From Chiloscyllium plagiosum (lineage: Eukaryota): a stretch of 64,000 nucleotides of DNA. The DNA lies in assembly GCF_004010195.1 (NCBI RefSeq), contig NC_057718.1, forward strand, positions 27,911,974 to 27,975,973, read 5' to 3'. Position 1 is the first letter of the stretch, and each line of letters begins with the position of its first letter. This document shows, piece by piece, positions 1 through 9,904 of this stretch. A program made the position numbers and the translations under genes. The notes beneath the pieces are model-generated. The model was not told the origin of the DNA. It saw only the letters and a program-made list of their open reading frames with translations, and made no database searches.

Positions 1-270
1 AGTACAGGAGCAGGAGGACCTCGGGTTTCATGTGTATGATGATCTGAAGGTGGCCAGGCAAGTAGAAACACTTGTTAGGAAGGCTTACAGAAGTCTGGGG
101 TTTATAAGTAGAGGCATGAATTATAGAAGCAAGAAGGTGATGCTATACCTCTACAAATTATTGGCCAGACCACATTTGGAGTATTGTGTTCAGTTCTGGG
201 CACCTTATTTAAGAAAAGATGTTAAAACCCAGAAGAAAGTTCAAAGGAGGTTGACTAGAATGATACTAGG

Positions 271-712
271 TAAAAACAATGACTGCAGATGCTGGAAACC
301 AGATTCTGGATTAGCGGTGCTGGAAGAGCACAGCAGCTCAGGCAGCATCTGTGCTCTTCCAGCATCACTAATCCAGAATCTGGTTTCCAGCATCTGCAGT
401 CATTGTTTTTACCTAGTTGATTTTAACCCTACTGCGAATCCTCTTGCAAGGATGCCTGCCTTGAAGAAGTTTTCCTCCTCTCTCTACAAGAATCTCAGGG
501 AGTCCCTCTCCCACTGCAACTCCCAGGTCATTTCCTCTGCCCTGAAGCTCTTACTCTATGCTACTCTCCCCACCCCCACCCTCCCCTAGCCTATCTCTTC
601 ACGCTTCAGGCTCATTGCCTTTATTCCTGATGAAGGGCTTTTGCCCGAAACGTCGATTTCAAAGCTCCTTGGATGCTGCCTGAACTACTGTGCTCTTCCA
701 GCACCACTAATT
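271..712. mobile_element. Penelope-like (Neptune-type) rearranged insertion with inverted terminal arm
   Basis: Inverted repeat 266-333 / 350-417; a second terminal-repeat copy at 670-710; hammerhead motif at 627-654; flanking direct repeats tagaatgatac(t/c)agg at 256-270 and 713-727. Confidence 0.85.
623..658 (+). ncRNA. Minimal hammerhead ribozyme motif (PLE type), intact core
   Basis: CUGAUGA (627-633) + A + stem II GGGC-UUUU-GCCC + GAAA (647-650) + CGUC; predicted cleavage after C654. Confidence 0.8.
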
Positions 713-1169
713 TAGAATGATACCAGGAATGGGGGATTTTAGATGCAAGGAAAAATGAGAGAAACTGGGCTTATTCTATTGAAGCAGAGATTAGGAGGTG
801 ACCTTATTGAGCTGTTCAAAATTATGAACATTTTTGACAGGGTAAAGAAGGATATTTTGTTTACACTAGTTCATAGTTGAGGGTCACAATTTCAAGACTG
901 TCGGCAAGACAGCTAGGAGAGAGATGAGGAGAAATATCTTTACTCAGAGAGACATGAGAATTTGGAATACACTGCCTGGGAGAGTGGTGGAGGGGGATTC
1001 CATAGAAGGTTTCAAAAGAGAGCTGGATACATATATTTGAAAGTGATGAAGTTAGAGAGCTGAAGAGATAGGGCTGAATAATGGGACTGACTGGGTAGCT
1101 CTTTTGGGAGCCAGTACAAACATGATGGTTTGGATGTCCTCCTTCTGTACTGTAAAGTTCTGTGATTAC

Positions 1170-1712
1170 ATAAAGCAAGAAGCCAAGAAAAGGGGCCATG
1201 ATGGGCATAGACCAGACAGAGATTTTAAACTGGGAGATACGGTCCACTTAAGGAACTTTGGTGATGGCTCTTCGTGGATTCCTGGAATTATCTTGAAAAA
1301 TGGGACCGGTATCATATATGGTTATACCCAGGGAAAAGACATATTGACTACCTCCGTCAGCAGGAAACCTCTACAGAAGTGATTGTTTTGACAGACACGC
1401 CACCAGTGGCATTCTGCAAACAGGAAATGCTGCTCTCTAAAAGCTCAAGAGCTAGCCCTGCGGACCATGAAGATTCCAATTCAGAGATGGAGACTGAGAT
1501 GGCAGAAGCTCACTTGGAGGTGCCACTGAGGATGAACCCCTGGCAGCAACTCTTTGACAGACTTCACAGAAGGGATGTTTGCTTCCTCATTAAAGACTCC
1601 TCCCCCAACAAGACCTGGAAAACAACAAGAATGGGGCCATGGACAAAACAATGTAAGAGGTTCCTTTGTCACAGGAGAGAAGTGGGTATCTTTGGTCTTG
1701 AAGAGAAAGGGA
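1170..1712 (+). mobile_element. Gypsy-like LTR retrotransposon integrase C-terminal remnant with polypurine tract
   Basis: KRGHDGHRPDRDFKLGDTVHLRNFGDGSSWIPGII...HIDYLR resembles the Gypsy integrase tail; purine run gaagagaaagggata precedes TG at ~1714. Confidence 0.6.
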
Positions 1713-1854
1713 TATGATAATCTCTACAATGCCCATGGAGAATCACTAATTAATCTCCCTGTGGAGCTTGTTGAGTATGTGAGTTCCCTTTTTAACAGAC
1801 AATGGCCTGCCCGGCTGGGACTCATCACCTGAACCCTTGATAAAGTAGATCCAG

Positions 1855-1945
1855 AGGGGCCCTCTTGAGGTGCAGTGTTAGTGTCCCTACACTGGACCAA
1901 AAGACCTAGGTTCAAACCAACCCCTTCCAGAGGTGTGTAATGGTA
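1855..1945 (+). mobile_element. tRNA-derived SINE fragment; related copies on - at ~24105-24190, 37380-37490, 48530-48625
   Basis: A-box-like ggtgcagtgttag and B-box-like ggttcaaacc; the sequence recurs in the window. Confidence 0.6.
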
Positions 1946-2114
1946 TTGCTGGATCTGATTTTTTTTAAAGCAATGCAGACCCAGGGAATGGTCTGTAGAA
2001 CTGTCTGTCACAGCATGGGACTAGCCTACATATGCTATGAGTAGTGGCTCTATTTTGATGTTTAAAAATGAACAATATTCCTTTCCTGTTGGGTTTCCCG
2101 AGTTATAACACACA

Positions 2115-3050
2115 GAACACTTAATGGTGAGGTCCTGGGGAGTGTTGCTGAACAAAGAGACTTTAGAGTGCAGGTTAACAGTTCCTTGAAAGTCAAGTCA
2201 CAAGTAGATAGGATAGTGAAGAAGGCGTTTGGTATGCTTTCCTTTATTGGTCAGAGCATTTAGAGTTGGGAGGTCATGCTGCAGCTGTACAGAACATTGG
2301 TTAAGTCACTTTTGGAATATTGTGTGTAATTCTAGTTTCCTTCCTATCAGAAGGATGTTGTGAAACTTGAAAGGGTTCAGAAAAGATTTACAAGGATGTT
2401 GCCAGGGTTGGAGGATTTGATCTATAGGGAGAGGTTGACGAAGTTAGGGCTGTTTTCCCTGGAGCATTGGAGGCTGAGAGGTGAGCTTAAAGAGGGGCAT
2501 GGATAGGATAAATAAACAAGGTCTTTTCCCTGGGGTGGGGGAGTCCAGAACAAGAGGGCATAGGTTTAGGGTGAGAGGGGAAAGATATTAAAGGGAACGA
2601 TGGGGCAACGTTTTCACGTAGAGGGTGGTGCGTGTATGGAATTAGTTGCCAGAGGAAGCGGTGGAGGCTGGTACAATTACAATATTTTAAAGGCATCTGG
2701 ATGGATATATGAATAGGAAGGGTTTGGGGGATATAGGCCAAGTGCTGGGAAATGGAACAAGATTAGGTTACGGTATCTGATTGGGAGAAAGTGAGGACTG
2801 CAGATGCTGGAGATCAGAGTCAAGAATGTGGTGCTAGAAAAGCACAGCAGGTCAGGCAGCATCCGAGGAGCAGGAGAATCAACGTTTCAGGCATGAGCCC
2901 TTTCCTGATGAAGGGCTTATGCTCCTGCTGCTTGGATGCTGCCTGGCTTGCTGTGCTTTTCCAGCACCACACTCTCGACGAGGGTATCTGGTCGGTATGG
3001 AGGAGTTGGGATGAAGGGTCTGTTTCTGTGTTCTATGTCTCAATGACTCT
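2115..3050 (+). mobile_element. CR1 (HER1-like) LINE, 5'-truncated
   Basis: Highly similar to 20375-21440 and 61885-62705; ends in a tgactcta tail. Confidence 0.92.
2785..2982. mobile_element. Fold-back PLE micro-insertion in a CR1 3' UTR
   Basis: Arm ggagaaagtgaggactgcagatgctgg plus inverted arm; imperfect TSD ggtatctg(a/g)t(t/c)gg at 2772-2784 / 2983-2995. Confidence 0.85.
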
Positions 3051-3134
3051 ATAATTACAAAAATGTTGCAATGCAGGAGAAGAGCATTTGGCTCAGTGTG
3101 CCTGCAGATGCTCTTCAAATGAGCATCATAACTT

Positions 3135-3418
3135 GGACACGGGTTAGGTCATTTAGGACTGAGATGAGGAGATGTTTCTTCACCCAGACAATGGTGAATC
3201 CATGAAATTTTCTGCCACAGAAAATAGTTGAGGCCAAAACATTCAATGTTCTCAAGATGGAGGTAGGTAGAGTTCTTGAGGCTGAATGGATCCAAGGATA
3301 TGGGAAAAAAGTAGGAATGGAGTACTGGGTTGATCAGGCATAATCATATTGGATAGTGGACTAGGCACAAAGGGCCAAATGGCCTATTCCTGCTCCTATT
3401 TTCTATATTTCTATGTTT
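3135..3418 (+). mobile_element. CR1 LINE 3' end
   Basis: FRTEMRRCFFTQTMVNP-like translation and ttctat-repeat tail. Confidence 0.75.
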
Positions 3419-4633
3419 TAGCAACATGGAGTTTCCATATTATTGCTACTTCCCTATCTGCTCTCTCCATCCCCGAGAAAAAGCCTTTGTGAATCTTTGT
3501 TGCTTGACCACAAATAGAGTCAACCTCTTCGACTTTCCTTGGTCCAGTCGTACTTACTCGAAGAACCTAGGAGAATATACCTTGCAACTGAAATTTTCCA
3601 ATGAAAATGTTCAGGGCCTAACAATCATTGGGCTGATTGAAAGAAACTTGAATGGGATTCAGCAGGTTTCCACAGATAGAAACATAGATGATAGGACCAG
3701 AAGTAGGCCATTCAACCCCTCAAACTGCTCCACCACTTGATATAATCATGAATGATCCTGAGCTCAATACCCTCATTTTGCCATCACCCCGCAACCCTTG
3801 ATCTTTTTACACCTAAGCTATATCTACTTACTTCTTGAAAACACATAATGTTTTAGCCTCAACAACTTTCTGAGGTAGTGAATTCCATAGGCTCACCACT
3901 TTTTGGGTGGAAAAATTTCTTCTCATCTCAGTACTAAAAGCTTTATCTCTCCTCCTTAAACTATGACCCCTGGTCCTGGGCTCCCCAAACATCAGGAACA
4001 TCCTCCTTCATGTAATCTGTTGAGTACCTGTTAGAATTTTATAGGTTTCTGAGAGTCCACCCCTCCCCCATTGTCCTAAACGCTAGTGAATACAATACCA
4101 ACTCAAACTCTCCTTGTACATCAGTCCTGCCATCTCAAGAATCAAACTGATAAACTTGTGCTGAACTCCCTCTATTGCCTTTCTCAGGAAAAGAGACTAA
4201 TATTGCACACCATATTCAAGGTGTGGTCTCATCAATGCCCTGCCTAATTACAGCAAGAAATCCTTGTTCCTGAACTTGAATCCCCTTGCTATGAAGGCGA
4301 ACATACAGTTTGCCTTCTTTACTGCCTGCTACACCTACAAATTTACTTTCAATGACTGTTGCACAAGGACACCCTGCTCTCATTGAACATTTCCCTTTTG
4401 AAATTTACAGCCACTCAAATAACAATGTCTTTCTATTTTTGCTACCAAAATTGATAATCTCATTTATCCTCATAACACAGCATCTGACATGCACTTGCCC
4501 ACTTACTCAGCCTGTTCAAATTACACTGCATCATCTTTGCATCCTCCACACAGCTCACCTTTCTACCCAGCTTTGAGTCATCTGCACATTTTGAGATTTA
4601 CATTTAGTTCCTTCATCTAAATCAGTAACATAT

Positions 4634-5350
4634 TGTTATGAAGATGTGGGTGTACTGTACCTTTAAGAGAGTTAAACACTAGCAGAACTACCTGACACAG
4701 CATCTAGTGTTCTGAACAAGATATATGGAACATTTGGTCTAACAGCTCAATTAGCTGGTTGCCTGGAGATGACAAAACAAATTTGAATTAGACCAATCAG
4801 TTTAAATTACACCCCAAAAAATAACAAAATCCAATCAAGTCTGAATTTAGTATATTGACAATCTTAAAAGCCAATGATACAATCCGATCCTTTGGGGGAG
4901 TATAAGACTGGAAAAAATTGAACAGTTGGGAGGAGAACTGCCAAGCCATCAGCATGTACAGAATGCCTGAAAAATAGCTCTCTTAAAAGTACCTTTATCG
5001 ATCAGTAACCTGTGAAACAGAAATCCATAAGAAGAAGAAAAGAAGACTGAGGAAGATATAAAGAGAAGATTCGACATCTGGCTGGTTTTGAAAATCTGAA
5101 CTTTGATAAATCTTAATCAGGGGTTTTATTGGACTAGAATTGTAGAAGGGGAAGGTAAAAGATAGGTTAGAGAAAGGAGTTGTAAATAGTTGTTAGTTAA
5201 TTATCCTCTGTTATATTTCAAGAAATAAAGTTGTTAATTTTACATAAATTGTTCTTGGCGTCTTGAATTTTCACCGATTGCTGCACGGGATAAATCTTAT
5301 CAGTGTTGCTGGTTTAAATTAAGCATGAGCGTTTACCCCATGTTGTAACA
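4634..5350 (+). mobile_element. Solo LTR (Gypsy-like)
   Basis: TGTTA...TAACA termini; 4-bp TSD ATAT at 4630-4633 / 5351-5354; internal CCAAT boxes, TATAA (~4901) and AATAAA (~5224). Confidence 0.85.
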
Positions 5351-5402
5351 ATATATTGTGAATAGCAGGGAACTCGGAGCTATCTCTGCAATAGCGTGCC
5401 TG

Positions 5403-5590
5403 GGAGAAAGTGAGGACTGCAGATGCTGAAGATCAGAGTCAAAATGTGTGGTGCTGGAAAAGCACTGCCTGTCAGGTAATATCCGAGGAGCAGGAGAATC
5501 AATGTTTCAAGCTTATGCTTGAAATGTCGACTCTCCTGCTCCTCCTAACTGACCGGCTGTGCTTTTCCAGCATCACACTTTTGACACCAG
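5403..5590. mobile_element. Fold-back PLE micro-insertion
   Basis: Same terminal arm as 2785; gtgcctg duplicated at 5396-5402 / 5595-5601. Confidence 0.8.
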
Positions 5591-6709
5591 TCAGTGCCTG
5601 CCATTCAGAAAAAGACCCACTTATTCCTCCTCTTTATGTCTTGTCTGCTGACCAATTTTCTATGCATCTCAGTATATTACCCCCAATATTTGAAGTCTTG
5701 CATCTATAAATTAGCAAGGGGGAAACAGGGCAGACAAAAACCACATCCACCCCAAACAGACCCTCTTGGACAAAATTAAGGATATGTGGAAGTCAAAGCA
5801 TTGGTCCTCTCGCACTCTAAATATCTGTTTCCTTATAAAATTGACAGATTAAGTACAGAATTGGCACATTAGTGGGTAACTACTCACCTTTCCGGGCCTA
5901 AAAGTAGTCATTTAGTTCTACATTTTCTTTCCAATTGTGTTTCCAGAAGAATTTCAAAACATCTGATTCAATGCTGATCTCAGAGACTTGAGGTCAGAAA
6001 CAATGATCAACAGTCCCCATTACCTTTCCTACATTTCTTCCAGCCAAGTAGTGGGAGATGTTCTGGTGATGCCTGACTGTGGAAGCTGCAGTGGGCATTA
6101 CAAACTCCAAATGGACAAATTCTCCCAAAGAGGCTTTGTAAACACTCAGGGCTCATTCACACTAACTAAGCTGACTTTAGAAAATAGGGCAAGGTCTGCA
6201 TTAGAGAAGGTGAACATTCATAAGTCTGAACACAATATATTTATAGCCTTTCCAGAAATGGAAACATTTTCTCTTTGACTGCCCTTTGATGCCTTTCACT
6301 GCATTTTAAGCCCCTTTATCATTTTCCTCCTCAGATTGTTGTTTTTATTTCACAGTTATCATATATCAGTAAAATAAAAGCAAGAGCTCTCAATTTAATA
6401 CTTCTTGAAATGAGCTTAATTTTTATTGTTTTGAACGTGTTACCTACATTGTCTCTTCAAAGATTTTGGTGTCTATACCCTTCTGATGTTCTGAACCCCT
6501 ACCATTTTCTGTTTTGTAACTAATTTCTCATCTATTCTACTACCTGTGCCCTGACCTAGACTGTTCTGATTTCAGTCATGGATATGCCATATTAAGGGCC
6601 TTTTGAAAATCCAAATATATGAATATTATAGTTGTGGCAGGTGTACAACTACCTTAAATCTTGGATTGTCGTTTATTACATAGTAATCATTTATGCATTT
6701 CCTAAGAAT

Positions 6710-6960
6710 ATTTTTGTTCACTCATGGTTCATGGGCATCACCCATTTTTAGTTGCCATTAAGAAGGTGGTGATGAGCTGCCTTCTTGAAATGCTGCAGTC
6801 CAAATGCAGTCGGTAGACTCACAATGTCCTTAGGGAGGGAATTCCGGAATTTTGATACAGCGATAGTGAAGGAACAGTAATGAAAGTCACGACAGTGGGT
6901 GGCTTGGAAGGGAAGCGCTTGGTGTGCTAGGAATGGGAGCTGTAATAGTTCTTTTTATCT
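6710..6960 (-). mobile_element. Old LINE 3' fragment (CR1/L2-like); related pieces at ~19950-20370, 30290-30990, 45800-46150
   Basis: Recurrent gaaggtggtg(a/g)tgagctgccttcttgaa motif is seen several times in the window; clade uncertain. Confidence 0.55.
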
Positions 6961-7007
6961 TAGAAGAAAAATACATTATCTAGATGTCCAGCATTCCATG
7001 TATGATG

Positions 7008-7240
7008 GGCGGCACGGTGGCACAGTGGTTAGCACTTGCAGCGCCAGAGACGTGGGTTCAATTCCCGACTCAGGCGACTGACTGTGTGGAGTTTGCACGT
7101 TCTCCCCGTGTCTGCGTGGGTTTCCTCCGGGGGCTCNNNNNNNNNNNNNNNNNNNNNNNNNNNNNNNNNNNNNNNNNNNNNNNGGTGTGGACTTGTTGGG
7201 CCGAAGGGCCTGTTTCCACACTGTAAGTAATCTAATCTAA
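7008..7240 (+). mobile_element. HE1-type (V-SINE) tRNA-derived SINE containing an assembly gap
   Basis: ggcggcacggtggcacagtggttagc A box, ggttcaattcc B box, V-domain tgtgtggagtttgcacgttctccccgtgtctgcgtgggtttcctccgg, (taatc)n tail. Confidence 0.92.
7137..7183. other. Assembly gap (47 N)
   Basis: Run of n. Confidence 1.
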
Positions 7241-7380
7241 TCATTCACCTTGCACTGACAATTGATGTACTCTTTGAAGTGGCACATAAAGATCAAGATG
7301 GAGTTATTTTACTTTTTGTCTTTGTGTAAGCCATATTTCTTAAATGTGCCTCTCCACCTCTTTCAGTTACCCCATTCCAT

Positions 7381-7460
7381 ATGCTGCCTAACCTGCTGCG
7401 CTGTTCCAGCAACACATTTTCAGCTCTGATCTCCAGCATCTGCAGTCCTCACTTTCTCCT
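7381..7460 (+). mobile_element. Single PLE terminal arm
   Basis: atgctgcctaacctgctgcg...cagtcctcactttctcc, near-identical to the arm at 19685-19763. Confidence 0.85.
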
Positions 7461-7527
7461 TGAGAATTATTTCGAGACGACCAAATTTAATTTGCTATGA
7501 AGCACTTTACCGTATGCAAAGAGCCCG

Positions 7528-7755
7528 TAGAAAAAGCTGGTGAAACTCAGTTGGTCTGGCAGCATCTGTAGAGACAAACATTTCGTTTGACTCCTTCGGT
7601 GTTTTCAAAGACTATTAAATAAGTCTTTGAACTCAGAATGTTAACTCTTGTTCATCAGTCTACAGACGCTGCAAGAGACCTGCAGAGTTTGTCTTGCACT
7701 TTTTCTTCACATTTTCAGATTGTTAGCATCCGCAGTATTTTGGTTTTATTTTTCA
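7528..7755. mobile_element. Old fold-back PLE remnant just upstream of the promoter
   Basis: ggtctggcagcatctgtagag is inverted relative to ctacagacgctgcaagagacc; ends in agcatccgcagtattttggtttt. Confidence 0.6.
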
Positions 7756-8489
7756 GGTACCAGAAAAGGAAGGTGTGTGTCGGTTATTATACCAGATCAA
7801 TAATGCACACAGTTATCCAGTGCCTCTTGTTCCCAAATACTTGGAGCCAAAGCCCTGGACCGCGTCCCTCTCCATACCGCCCCCTGGCGCAAGCAACCTT
7901 AGTTGCCCAATGGCCGGAGAATGAGAAGCGCGTTTCTATTGGGCGCGGGCTGGGGGAAGTTTTGTAAGACGGGCTGTGATTGGGTGTGGGCTGGGTTGTG
8001 ATGCCGGAGCCTCGTTCCCATGCCCCGGTGGCTGCCTGGGCTCCGGACGCCGAGGGAGAGACATGGCAGCGGCTGGATCTGAGGGCGACTGTCTGGGGCC
8101 GGTCTGAAATCCGCCGCCGCCACCACCGCAGCAGCACGAAGAAGTAACCTGGGAGGACTCGAAAGGCCGGCGGGGAAGGCCGAGACCACGGCGTCCGATC
8201 GCATCGAAGGAGAGTGCGGGCGGATTAGCCGCTGGGTAGCGGCCCGACGGAGGCGGATTGTTATTGGGGGAGAGAGCGAGAGGGAGAGATCGGTGCCGGC
8301 GGGCGCTTCAAACCAACATATTTCAACTCATAAATATTTCTCCACGTCCCGGCAGGAGGGAGGAGGAGGGAGGGGCGGCCGGAAATTTTTTTTGATTATA
8401 ATCCCACCGGCAACAACCCCCTCCTCCCCCCAATCCCCCTCCTCCTCCTCCTCTCCCCCCCACCGATCCTCCAAACCGCCTTCCGCAGG

Positions 8490-8571
8490 ATGAACTCGGT
8501 CAGGGCAGCCAACAGGCGACCGAGGCGACTATCGAGGCCGCGCCCCGTGCAGGAGAGAAACAACGTCGCGG
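8490..8571 (+). CDS. FBXO11: F-box only protein 11, first coding exon (27 codons + 1 nt, phase-1 intron follows)
   Basis: Translates [27 protein letters not shown], matching my recollection of the human FBXO11 N-terminus [21 protein letters not shown][Q/P tract]QERNNVG; ends at donor CGG|GTAAGG. Confidence 0.95.
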
Positions 8572-8630
8572 GTAAGGAGGCGAGAGCCTGAGGGGGGGAG
8601 ACGCTGAGAGACGGTGTGTGTGTGTTTACC

Positions 8631-8663
8631 TCCCCCTCCCCCTCCCCCTCCCCCTCCCCCTCC
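8631..8663. repeat. (CCCCCT)n simple repeat, preceded by a short (GT)n
   Basis: tccccc x5, directly visible. Confidence 0.95.
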
Positions 8664-9904
8664 AGCAGCGGAGGATGGGGGAAGGGCGCGAGAGAAAATA
8701 CCCCTCCACCCCCCGCCCCCAGTAAAGGCTCCCCGTCCTCTCCCTCCTTCCCACCGCCAGTGCGACTGGAGAGACCGAGGCTTCCTCACCTCCTCGGACA
8801 GGCCAGGCCGCGCTTTGTTTGTGTCTTGGCATAATCCAGTGGTTTGGGAGCATGTTTGGTCTTTACACCACCACCTCCCTGCCCCTCTCTCTCTCTCTGG
8901 GGTGTATGTTGGATATAAAATGGAGCCGTCCGCTCGACACCTTTTTTTTATGTTTATTTTTGCCAGAGATTGGGAGAGAGGGTCGAAGGAATATTTTGTT
9001 AATGGCTCACCGTTTTAAACATGTTTTAACTCAATGTTTGAAAAAAAATGATTGCACAATTCTTCCCTCTTTCCTCCCCACACCACCAACCCCCCCACAC
9101 CACCACCAAAACATCCAACACCCGACGTGAATTTGAAGAGTGCTGGACTGGATGCTTCTCTTTTTTTTATTGCCCCACTCCATTTGCCACCTTTCTCTTT
9201 AAATGATCTCTCGGTGCCTGATGTTTGCTGCGTAGTTGGGCTGAACGCGTGTTGTTGATAAGCGACCAACTGCAAGCCTGTCACTGTAACAAATGTCAAA
9301 TACATATAGACTTGAAGTGGGTTTATTTAATTTCATTGGATGTTTTAAAAACCCAGTTGTATTGAAGTTTTCATTTGCAAAGTTGCTCGAGTTTGTGCTT
9401 TTTTTTCATGACAAGGCCCATTTGAGCAAACCAAAAACAGTCTTGTGTTTCACCACTGACCTCGAGGGGTATTGTATCCGCCAGTTACTTTTTACTCGAT
9501 ACATATCACTTGTGTATAAGCATACTTAATTGCATTCGGTGAATTTAAATCTTTCTGAAAACATCTTTCAAAGTGATTACAGCATTCTTACCAAGTTATT
9601 AATGATTAGCATAATATTTCGTCAGGACTGTATCATGCTTGGTATGTACACTTCCATGTTATAGGAGAATGAAAGGTTCAGATTTGTCTATAATAACCAA
9701 TGCTGATCAAACAGTCTTGCTCACCAGATTGCAAAATCATGTCATGTGCAAAGTTGTAACATATAAAGTATAAAATAAACTGTATTAATTGTTAATTCAT
9801 CTGACTTAAATATTAAGGGCCTACTTACCTAGTCATTTCATCATGCAGGTACTGAGTTAGCAAAAACAATAAAGCTTAATCAAACATCCTACTACTATTT
9901 TGAA

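Larger units (their letters stand above)
1..1160 (+). mobile_element. CR1-clade LINE 3' fragment, interrupted by a PLE insertion at 271-712
   Basis: Translation LYKLLARPHLEYCVQFWAPYLRKDV...VQRRLTRMI matches the CR1 ORF2 C-terminus; the element resumes at 713 and ends in a CR1-type 3' UTR. Confidence 0.9.
3675..5690 (-). mobile_element. Degraded CR1 LINE hosting a solo LTR and a PLE insertion
   Basis: Reverse-strand CR1 tail at 3675 (atagaaacatag) and degenerate RT-region sequence on both sides of the nested inserts. Confidence 0.8.
7855..8815 (+). promoter_or_regulatory. CpG-island promoter of FBXO11
   Basis: Sharp rise in GC and CpG. CTCF-like accgccccctggcgc at 7876-7890; CCAAT boxes at 7907-7911 (+), 7938-7942 (-), 7979-7983 (-); YY1-like acatggcagc at 8061; encloses the start codon. 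Confidence 0.9.

Noticed and set aside
32..589. 185-aa ORF as a gene
   Set aside because: Chance fusion of CR1 ORF2 and PLE insert sequence.
7008..7075. tRNA gene
   Set aside because: The A/B boxes belong to an HE1 SINE head followed by the V-domain and tail.
7787..9130. Many overlapping Pro/Gly/Arg-rich ORFs around the CpG island
   Set aside because: Expected from GC-rich, low-complexity sequence. The Pro-rich ORF at 8614 lies after the splice donor and is not the FBXO11 Q/P tract.
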